Source: Nemertoderma westbladi (lineage: Eukaryota > Animalia > Xenacoelomorpha). From it: 64,000 nucleotides of DNA. This document shows positions 36,650 through 47,700 of this stretch, one piece after another. Location of the stretch: the NCBI GenBank assembly GCA_032718475.1, contig JAUCBJ010007011.1, positions 1 to 64,000 on the forward strand, in the 5' to 3' direction. Under the pieces are notes generated by a model. It saw only the letters and a list, made by a program, of their open reading frames with translations, searched no databases and was not told where the DNA came from. Both the position numbers and the translations under genes were made by a program. Every line of letters begins with the position of its first letter. Within the stretch, counting starts at the first letter, position 1.

Positions 36650-39600
36650 AGGTCAGGTCAGGTCCCCAGATCCTGCTACCACTATGGCAGTAATGTGGTA
36701 CTACCTGTAGCTGTCAGCCCAGTAGGGCAGGCCCGATAAGCATAGCCTATTCATTATTTAGTTGATCAAGAGTGGGTTGGTTCAGCCCCGTCAACTAAAT
36801 AAGTCACTGAGGGCTATAGCGCCTAGGGCACCATTGAAGGCAAAGGCTTGATACGCATCTGCATTTGAGATGATACAAGCCCCGCCCTGTCTATACTGGA
36901 TGCTCCTCTACCAGTGTTAGGTAACCTAACCCAGGAGGCACACTTGGTTCAGGGTGTAACAAATGGACCCCTACAGTCGGCAGCAGGGCTGTAGGCCATG
37001 GATAGGCGGAAGGTAATCAACCAACGGCTAGACATGCTGACAAGGTCGGCGGAAGGTAATCAACCAACGGCGACCTACTGCAAAGACGCTTGTAGGAGTT
37101 GCGACCACAAGCGGTTTACCCCCGCAACTGAAAGATATGAATATGAGAACCCTCCAGGAGAAATACCGGCTCGGTTGTCGCCCGGGTCAACAAGGACCGC
37201 GTCCCTCAGTGGTACACCAGGCTGGGGTCGATAAATTGGCTACTGGAACAGAAGACAGAAGAAAGAAGAACCAACCTGTTGAAATGTAAAAAGACACTAA
37301 CGATTGCTACAATGAACGCACGCACGCTGAAAGCACAGAGCAAACAGGGTGACATGGTCGCTCTGGCAATGGAATATAACATCGACATCATCTGAATCCA
37401 AGAACATCGGATTTGTCATGAAGACACTGCCATGAAGTACAATGACATTGGAAATGGATGGACGTTAGTAACAAGCTCAGCAGTAAGAAACTCGGCCAAT
37501 GCATCAATTGGTGGAGTAGGAATTCTGCTAAGCCCATCTGCACTTAAGACCCTAAACAACATCGAATCTATAAATTCCAGGGTTATGATCGCAACATTTG
37601 ATGGGAATCCCAAGACAACAGTTATATGTTGCTACAGTCCAACCAATGCATCAGAGCCAGAACAAGCAGTCAAGTTTTATGAAGAACTGACTGGACTTAT
37701 TAAGGACATCCCGAAACACAATGTTAAAGTCATTGCTGGTGACCTGAATGCGCAAATTGGCCCAGAAGACATCAAGGGTTACACCTATAACACCAGTTCT
37801 AACAGAAATGGGTACTTACTCTTAGACCTAATGGAAGAATGTGAATTGATACCAACAAACAACACATTCGAAAAGAGTAAGGGGAAGCTATGGACCTTTC
37901 AATACCCTAATGGAACCAAAGCACAACTGGATTACATCCTTATAAACAAAAAGTGGAGAAATAGCATGATCAACTGCGAGGCATACAGCTCGTTCAACCT
38001 AATTGGTTCGGACCACAGAATTGTGACTGCAGAGATCAGACTCAGTTTGAGAGCCAGCAAACCCAGGACAAGCAAGCAAATCAACTATGACTGGGAGAAA
38101 CTCAGAACTGACAATGCTGTAAAGGATGCTTATACAGTAGAAGTTCAAAACCGCTTTGAAGCACTTCAGTCAATGGATGAAGACCAATCCACCGATTCAA
38201 TATACCAGAATATAATAACAGCCCACAAGGAATCAGCTAAGAGGCATATCCCCCAGAAACCTAAACGAAAACAGTATGTGCCATGGCAAAACTCTGAGGT
38301 TACTTGTAAGAGAGAAGATCTTAAGATAGCCTACAAAGTTAAAACCGAACAACCAACAACCGAAAACATTAACAAGGTTGAGAAAGCTAAGGACGATCTT
38401 AAATTGGCCTACAACATCAGCCAGGAAAAGTACATACAGGATAAAACTGAAGCAATTACAACTGCTCACATACAGCAACAATCAAGACTTACCTGGCAAA
38501 CTGTAAATGAGGTATCTGGTCGGAAAAGTTGTGCAAAGGGGCGCCTCAAAGCCGATAGTCCTGAAGAACGTGTTGGGAAGTGGAAAAATCACTTCAGCAA
38601 CTTGCTTGGGCAGCCACCAAACATCGAGGTCAGCCCTACAAGGAAAATATATGACAAGACACTACCTATAGAAACAGGGGACTTCACACCTGCCGAACTC
38701 CAAAGAAGCATTAAAAGCATGTCCAATAATAAAGCGAGTGGATTAGATGAAATCCCAGCGGAGGTATGGAAAACCGGAGTGCTAAATAGACCATTATTGA
38801 ATGTTTGCAACCGGATGTTAAAAGGGGAAAAGCCACCACCAATTTGGACTAAAGGTCAACTAAAGCCTCTCCCCAAGAAAGGAGACCTCGGCATACCAAC
38901 AAACTATCGTGGGATCTGTCTGCTTGTGGTAGCTGCCAAAATATACAATAAAATGATTCTATATAGGATTAGGCCTCACATAGAGAAACTACTGCGTAAG
39001 AGCCAAAACGGATTTCGACCAAGTAGATCAACAATAGCTCAGATACTTGCACTACGGAGACTGATTGAAGGAATCAAGTCAAAGAATCTCCCCGCAGTCA
39101 TGACTTTTGTGGACTTCAAGAAGGCATTCGACTCCATCCATAGAGGTAAAATGCTTGAAATCCTAAGAGCTTATGGAATACCAGAAGTAATTGTTGCTGG
39201 CATTGGATTGCTATATTGTGACACAGAAGCGCAGGTACTCTCACCAGATGGTGAAACTGAGTTTTTCTCAATCCTGGCTGGCGTACTGCAAGGTGACACA
39301 TTAGCACCACTACTATTTGTAATTGTGCTGGATTACGCAATGAGGACGGCCACAAAGGGTGAAGATCTGGGATTCACACTTCAAGAACGCAGAAGTAGTA
39401 GATATCCGGCAACTACAGTCACAGACACCGACTTTGCGGATGACATCGCCCTGCTCTCTAATACGCTAGCAGATGCACAGCTTCTACTAAATAAAGTGGA
39501 GAGGGCTGCTAAGGAGGTTGGATTGCATATAAATGCTACCAAGACCGAATTCATGACCTTTAATGTTGATGGAAACTTGACAACCATTGATAATAATCAA

Positions 39601-40185
39601 CTAAGGCAGGTCGATGACTTCCAGTACCTTGGATCATGGATAGAGAGTAGCAAAAAGGACATAGAAGTTAGGAAAGCAAAGGCTTGGGTAGCTCTATCAA
39701 AAATGGATACCATCTGGAAATCAGATCTCTCCAGGCACCTGAAGACCAAGTTCTTTCGAGCCACAGTGGAAAGTGTATTTTTATACGGGGGTGAGACCTG
39801 GACACTGACTAAATCACTTGAACAACGAATTGATGGTTGCTACACAAGACTACTAAGGGCAGCCCTAAACATCAGCTGGAGACAACACATGACAAACGCC
39901 GAGCTTTATGGTACAATACCACCTGTATCAACCACCATCCGTGAACGCAGATTAAGATTCAGTGGGCACTGCTGGCGAAGTAAAGACGAGGTCATATCAG
40001 ATCTACTTTTCTGGCAACCAACTCATGGAAAGCGTAGTCGTGGACGACCGGCCATAACATATATAGATCAACTTGAAAGGGATACTGAACTTAGGAGAAA
40101 CGAAATTGCGACAACTATGGAGAATCGGGAAGCCTGGAAGGATCTCATTTCCACTGTCCGAGTTCGCTCGACCTAGTAGTAGTAG
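36650..40185 (+). mobile_element. Full-length RTE-clade non-LTR retrotransposon
   Basis: TSD TAACGTGTCA at 36640-36649 and 40186-40195. The (TAG)n tail begins at the stop codon. Single APE-RT reading frame. Confidence 0.92.
37312..40176 (+). CDS. RTE endonuclease-reverse transcriptase; in-frame TGA at 37393-37395, then 914 open codons from 37432
   Basis: APE motifs (IATMNART, DII*IQEHR, GDLNA, QLDYIL, SDH) and RT motifs (NYRGICL, QNGFR, FVDFKKAFDS, GVLQGDTLAP, FADD, FQYLGS). Confidence 0.9.
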
Positions 40186-40388
40186 TAACGTGTCACTGTA
40201 ATCTGCTCCTTTCCCTAAATTGAGAATTTAACATTGAGGCGGGATATTAATTCGCCAAGGCGGGTTTTGCGTCGTAATTAGGCCATAGGCCTATTAATGT
40301 TAGGCCTATCTCGTATCTCGACGATGTTAATTTTATAAAATCATGTAGGCAGGTGCAGGACTACCGGTACGGTACTAACTGACTAATA

Positions 40389-41663
40389 ATGTCATTTCCT
40401 AGCGAAATATTAATCACCACCGACAGTTGCGATTCCTCCCCAAACATTAGCATCTGGGACCCTGGCAACGGTTCCCAACTGGTCACCTATAAAGGCGGGA
40501 CCAGCGTGTTACCCGGGTCTAACATCGCCGTAGTCCACGGCCAACTGCTATTAGCGGCTTCCGCTAAACAACCCTTCCTACAGGTATGGGAGCTGTCGTC
40601 CTCTAAGAAAGACCACGGATTTGAGAGAGTACCTTGTGGTCACGTGACATCTTTAGCGGTTAGCGCGTGTTCTTCTTACACTGCCGCCGCGATTCAAGAA
40701 CAGATTCAGGTTTGGGAAACTCTAAGTGGCAGACTGGTTGGGTCAGTGAGTCGTCACTACCAAGCAGTACGGTGTCTCTCCTTCACGGACGACGGGGGAC
40801 ATTTAATCAGCGGTGCCGACGATAACCTGGTTATCGCGTGGCCGTTGTACCGACTAGTAACCAAGGAGATTGGTGCCAGCGAGCGCAACCAAGCCCGCTG
40901 GACGTGGGCGTCCCATTCGCTGCCTGTAACCGCGTTGCGATGTCGGGAGCAGCGGGTGGCGTCCGCTTCGTTGGACGCCACCGTCAGGTTGACCTGTCTG
41001 CGTACCGGCGTGCAACTCGCTAGGTTCCTATTCGACAGCCCCGTTACCGCGGTAACTATAGACTCAGCGCAACGCCATCTAGCGGCCGGGGACGAAGGCG
41101 GCAACTTGTATTTAGTTTGTCTTTATTCGGGGAATCATGCCGCCGCCGCTGGGGGCGTCGTGGCTCAAAGCGAATCTCCTCGGTTTGTTGGGCACAGACT
41201 GCGGATAACCGGGGTGTCTCTGAGCGCGGACGGACGTTGGTTGGTCAGCGGGAGCGACGACCGCACCGCTAGAGTGTGGGACCTCCACAGTCGGCAGTGT
41301 CTCCGCGTTCTGGAACATAAAGGGCCGGTTACCAACGTGCTGTTGTTGTTGACCCCGTCGGTATTCTCGCGTCCCGCAGTCGTCGGGGTCCGAATCCCGC
41401 GGCTCCACGGCGGTGTCTCCGACGCGAGGGACCTCGTTACGGTCCCGTTCGGCGTCGGTCCGCCGAGCGGGTGGTTCGAGGAGCCGATCGAGACCGACTC
41501 GGATGATCGACTCGTCGACTCGGTTAAACCCGAGGAATCTTCGTCGCTCCTCGCGGCGGAATATAAGGCGGAAGTGGAGCGGTTGAAACGAATTAACCAG
41601 CGGCTGTTTACCTTTAAAGCGGCGCAAATATTACAAACTGAAAGTGAATCTAATGATAGTTAA
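40389..41663 (+). CDS. WDR18: WD repeat-containing protein 18 (Ipi3 ortholog, rixosome/PELP1 complex), no coding introns
   Basis: 424-aa WD40 protein with HYQAVRCLSFTDDGGHLISGADD, HSLPVT, SLDATV, SLSADGRWLVSGSDD and HKGPVTN, plus the C-terminal coiled coil EVERLKRINQRLF. Confidence 0.88.
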   Translation: MSFPSEILITTDSCDSSPNISIWDPGNGSQLVTYKGGTSVLPGSNIAVVHGQLLLAASAKQPFLQVWELSSSKKDHGFERVPCGHVTSLAVSACSSYTAAAIQEQIQVWETLSGRLVGSVSRHYQAVRCLSFTDDGGHLISGADDNLVIAWPLYRLVTKEIGASERNQARWTWASHSLPVTALRCREQRVASASLDATVRLTCLRTGVQLARFLFDSPVTAVTIDSAQRHLAAGDEGGNLYLVCLYSGNHAAAAGGVVAQSESPRFVGHRLRITGVSLSADGRWLVSGSDDRTARVWDLHSRQCLRVLEHKGPVTNVLLLLTPSVFSRPAVVGVRIPRLHGGVSDARDLVTVPFGVGPPSGWFEEPIETDSDDRLVDSVKPEESSSLLAAEYKAEVERLKRINQRLFTFKAAQILQTESESNDS

Positions 41664-41797
41664 AATTTATATTTTTAATAATAGTTAAAAAAGATGGTAA
41701 CAGTGAATTTCAATTATTTCGCAGTTGTTTATCTGTTTAGTTAGATTTATTATTGCCATGGGAATAGCGAGATTAGCTTTGAGACAACCAAATTATT

Positions 41798-44700
41798 TTG
41801 CTCACATTATGCTAACTTATCAGACTACGTACCCGTAGTTGCTCACATTATGCTAACTTATCAGCCTACGTCCCCGTAGTTGCTCACATTATGCTAACTT
41901 ATCAGCCTACGTACCCGTAGTTGCTCACATTATGCTAACTTATCAGCCTACGTCCCCGTAGTTGCTCACATAATGCTAACTTATCAGCCTACTTACCCGT
42001 AGTTGCTCACATAATGCTCACTTATCAGCCATGCACGTCCCCGTAGTTGCTCACATTATGCTAACTTATCAGCCTACGTACCCGTAGTTGCTCACATTAT
42101 GCTAACTTATCAGCCTACGTACCCGTAGTTGCTCACATTATGCTAACATATCAGCCTACGTCCCCGTAGTTGCTCACATTATGCTAACTTATCAGCCTAC
42201 GTACCCGTAGTTGCTCACATTATGCTAACTTATCAGCCTACGTCCCCGTAGTTGCTCACATTATGCTAACTTATCAGCCTACGTCCCCGTAGTTGCTCAC
42301 ATTATGCTAACTTATCAGCCTACGTCCCCGTAGTTGCTCACATTATGCTAACTTATCAGCCTACGTCCCCGTAGTTGCTCACATTATGCTAACTTATCAG
42401 CCTACGGCCCCGTAGTTGCTCACATTATGCTAACTTATCAGCCTACGTCCCCGTAGTTGCTCACATTATGCTAACTTATCAGCCTACGTCCCCGTAGTTG
42501 CTCACATTATGCTAACTTATCAGCCTACGTCCCCGTAGTTGCTCACATTATGCTAACTTATCAGCCTACGGCCCCGTAGTTGCTCACATTATACTAACTT
42601 ATCAGCCTACGTCCCCGTAGTTGCTCACATTATGCTAACTTATCAGCCTACGTCCCCGTAGTTGCTCACATTATGCTAACTTATCAGCCTACGTCCCCAT
42701 AGTTGCTCACATTATGCTACTTATCAGCCTACGTCCCCGTAGTTGCTCACATTATGCGAACTTATCAGCCTACGTCCCCGTAGTTGCTCACATTATGCTA
42801 ACTTATCAGCCTACGTCCCCGTAGTTGCTCACATTATGCTAACTTGTCAGCCTACGTCCCCGTAGTTGCTCACATTATGCTAACTTATCAGCCTACGTCC
42901 CCGTAGTTGCTCACATTATGCTAACTTATCAGCCTACGTCCCCGTAGTTGCTCACATTATGCTAACTTATCAGCCTACGGCCCCGTAGTTGCTCACATTA
43001 TGCTAACTTATCAGCCTACGTCCCCGTAGTTGCTCACATTATGCTAACTTATCAGCCTACGTCCCCGTAGTTGCTCACATTATGCTAACTTATCAGCCTA
43101 CGTCCCCGTAGTTGCTCACATTATGCTAACTTATCAGCCTACGGCCCCGTAGTTGCTCACATTATGCTAACTTATCAGCCTACGTATCCGTAGTTGCTCA
43201 CATTATGCTAACTTATCAGCCTACGGCCCCGTAGTTGCTCACATTATGCTAACTTATCAGCCTACGTCCCCGTAGTTGCTCACATTATGCTAACTTGTCA
43301 GCCTACGTCCCCGTAGTTGCTCACATTATGCTAACTTATCAGCCTACGTCCCCGTAGTTACTCACATTATTCTAACTTATCAGCCTACGTCCCCGTAGTT
43401 GCTCACATTATGCTAACTTATCAGCCTACGTCCCCGTAGTTGCTCACATTATGCTACTTATCAGCCTACGTCCCCGTAGTTGCTCACATTATGCTAACTT
43501 ATCAGCCTACGTCCCCGTAGTTGCTCACATTATGCTAACTTATCAGCCTACGTCCCCGTAGTTGCTCACATTATGCTAACTTATCAGCCTACGTCCCCGT
43601 AGTTGCTCACATTATGCTAGCTAACTTATCAGCCTACGTCCCCGTAGTTGCTCACATTATGCTAACTTATCAGCCTACGTCCCCGTAGTTGCTCACATTA
43701 TGCTAGCTAACTTATCAGCCTACGTCCCCGTAGTTGCTCACATTATGCTAACTTATCAGCCATGCACGTCCCCGTAGTTGCTCACATTATGCTAACTTAT
43801 CAGCCTACGTCCCCTTACTTGCTCACATTATGCTAACTTATCAGCCTACGTCCCCGTAGTTGCTCACATTATGCTAACTTATCAGCCTACGTCCCCTTAC
43901 TTGCTCACATTATGCTAACTTATCAGCCTACGTATCCGTAGTTGCTCACATTATGCTAACTTATCAGCCTACGGCCCCGTAGTTGCTCACATTATGCTAA
44001 CTTATCAGCCTACGTCCCCGTAGTTGCTCACATTATGCTAACTAACTTATCAGCCTACGTCCCCGTAGTTGCTCACATTATGCTACCTTATCAGCCTACG
44101 TCCCCGTAGTTACTCACATTATTCTAACTTATCAGCCTACGTCCCCGTAGTTGCTCACATTATGCTAACTTATCAGCCTACGTCCCCGTAGTTGCTCACA
44201 TTATGCTACTTATCAGCCTACGTCCCCGTAGTTGCTCACATTATGCTAACTTATCAGCCTACGTCCCCGTAGTTGCTCACATTATCCTAACTTATCAGCC
44301 TACGTCCCCGTAGTTGCTCACATTATGCTAGCTTATCAGCCTACGTCCCCGTAGTTGCTCACATTATGCTAACTTATCAGCCTACGTCCCCGTAGTTGCT
44401 CACATTATGCTAACTTATCAGCCTACGACCCCATAGTTGCTCACATTATGCTAACTTATCAGCCTACGTACCCGTAGTTGCTCACATTATGCTAACTTAT
44501 CAGCCTACGTCCCCGTAGTTGCTCACATTATGCTAACTTATCATCCTACGTCCCCGTAGTTGCTCACATTATGCTAACTTATCAGCCTACGTCCCCGTAG
44601 TTGCTCACATTATGCTAACTTATCAGCCTACGTCCCCGTAGTTGCTCACATTATGCTAACCTATCAGCCACGGCCCCGTAGTTGCTCACATTATGCTAAC

Positions 44701-47700
44701 TTATCAGCCTACGTCCCCGTAGTTGCTCACATTATGCTAACTTATCAGCCTACGTCCCCGTAGTTGCTCACATTATGCTAACCTATCAGCCACGGCCCCG
44801 TAGTTGCTCACATTATGCTAACTTATCAGCCTACGTCCCCGTAGTTGCTCACATTATGCTAACTTATCAGCCTACGTCCCCGTAGTTGCTCACATTATGC
44901 TAACTTATCAGCCTACGTCCCCGTAGTTGCTCACATTATGCTAACTTATCAGCCTACGTCCCCGTAGTTGCTCACATTATGCTAACTTATCAGCCTACGT
45001 CCCCGTAGTTGCTCACATTATGCTAACTTATCAGCCTACGTCCCCGTAGTTGCTCACATTATGCTAACTTATCAGCCTACGGCCCCGTAGTTGCTCACAT
45101 TATACTAACTTATCAGCCTACGTACCCGTAGTTGCTCACATTATGCTAACTTATCAGCCTACGTCCCCGTAGTTGCTCACATTATGCTAACTTATCAGCC
45201 TACGACCCCATAGTTGCTCACATTATGCTAACTTATCAGCCTACGTCCCCGTAGTTGCTCACATTATGCGAACTTATCAGCCTACGGTCCCGTAGTTGCT
45301 CACATTATGCTAACTTATCAGCCTACGTCCCCGTAGTTGCTCACATTATGCTAACTTGTCAGCCTACGTCCCCGTAGTTGCTCACATTATGCTAACTTAT
45401 CAGCCTACGTCCCCGTAGTTGCTCACATTATGCTAACTTATCAGCCTACGTCCCCGTAGTTGCTCACATTATGCTAACTTATCAGCCTACGGCCCCGTAG
45501 TTGCTCACATTATGCTAACTTATCAGCCTACGTCCCCGTAGTTGCTCACATTATGCTAACTTATCAGCCTACGTCCCCGTAGTTGCTCACATTATGCTAA
45601 CTTATCAGCCTACGTCCCCGTAGTTGCTCACATTATGCTAACTTATCAGCCTACGTCCCTGTAGTTGCTCACATTATGCTAACTTATCAGCCTACGTCCC
45701 CGTAGTTGCTCACATTATGCTAACTTATCAGCCTACGTCCCCGTAGTTGCTCACATTATGCTAACCTATCAGCCACGGCCCCGTAGTTGCTCACATTATG
45801 CTAACTTATCAGCCTACGTCCCCGTAGTTGCTCACATTATGCTAACTTATCAGCCTACGTATCCGTAGTTGCTCACATTATGCTAACTTATCAGCCTACG
45901 TCCCCGTAGTTGCTCACATTATGCTAACCTATCAGCCACGGCCCCGTAGTTGCTCACATTATGCTAACTTATCAGCCTACGTCCCCGTAGTTGCTCACAT
46001 TATGCTAACTTATCAGCCTACGTCCCCGTAGTTGCTCACATTATGCTAACCTATCAGCCACGGCCCCGTAGTTGCTCACATTATGCTAACTTATCAGCCT
46101 ACGTCCCCGTAGTTGCTCACATTATGCTAACTTATCAGCCTACGTATCCGTAGTTGCTCACATTATGCTAACTTATCAGCCTACGTCCCCGTAGTTGCTC
46201 ACATTATGCTAACTTATCAGCCTACGTCCCCGTAGTTGCTCACATTATGCTAACCTATCAGCCACGGCCCCGTAGTTGCTCACATTATGCTAACTTATCA
46301 GCCTACGTCCCCGTAGTTGCTCACATTATGCTAACTTATCAGCCTACGTCCCCGTAGTTGCTCACATTATGCTAGCTAACTTATCAGCCTTCGTCCCCGT
46401 AGTTGCTCACACTATGCTAACCTATCAGCCCACGGCCCCGTAGTTGCTCACATTATGCTAACTTATCAGCCTACGTCCCCGTAGTTGCTCACATTATGCT
46501 AACTTATCAGCCTACGTCCCCGTAGTTGCTCACATTATGCTAACTTATCAGCCTACGGCCCCGTAGTTGCTCACATTATGCTAACTTATCAGCCTACGTC
46601 CCCGTAGTTGCTCACATTATGCTAACTTATCAGCCTACGTCCCCGTAGTTGCTCACATTATGCTAACTTATCAGCCTACGGCCCCGTAGTTGCTCACATT
46701 ATGCTAACTTATCAGCCTACGTCCCCGTAGTTGCTCACATTATGCTAACTTATCAGCCTACGTATCCGTAGTTGCTCACATTATGCTAACTTATCAGCCT
46801 ACGTCCCCGTAGTTGCTCACATTATGCTAACTTATCAGCCTACGTCCCCGTAGTTGCTCACATTATGCTAACTTATCAGCCTACGGCCCCGTAGTTGCTC
46901 ACATTATGCTAACTTATCAGCCTACGTCCCCGTAGTTGCTCACATTATGCTAACTTATCAGCCTACGTCCCCGTAGTTGCTCACATTATGCTAGCTAACT
47001 TATCAGCCTTCGTCCCCGTAGTTGCTCACATTATGCTAACTTATCAGCCTACGTCCCCGTAGTTGCTCACATTATGCTAACCTATCAGCCACGGCCCCGT
47101 AGTTGCTCACATTATGCTAACTTATCAGCCTACGTCCCCGTAGTTGCTCACATTATGCTAGCTAACTTATCAGCCTACGTCCCCGTAGTTGCTCACATTA
47201 TGCTAACTTATCAGCCTACGGCTCCGTAGTTGCTCACATTATGCTAACTTATCAGCCTACGTACCCGTAGTTGCTCACATTATGCTAACTTATCAGCCTA
47301 CGTCCCCGTAGTTGCTCACATTATGCTAACTTATCAGCCTACGTCCCCGTAGTTGCTCACATTATGCTAACTTATCAGCCTACGTCCCCGTAGTTGCTCA
47401 CATTATGCTAACTTATCAGCCTACGTCCCCGTAGTTGCTCACATTATGCTAACTTATCAGCCTACGGCCCCGTAGTTGCTCACATTATGCTAACTTATCA
47501 GCCTACGTCCCCGTAGTTGCTCACATTATGCTAACTTATCAGCCTACGTCCCCGTAGTTGCTCACATTATGCTAACTTATCAGCCTACGTCCCCGTAGTT
47601 GCTCACATTATGCTAACTTATCAGCCTACGGCCCCGTAGTTGCTCACATTATACTAACTTATCAGCCTACGTCCCCGTAGTTGCTCACATTATGCTAACT

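Noticed and set aside
40757-41627. Antisense ORFs over WDR18
   Set aside because: They are shadow ORFs of a GC-rich CDS.
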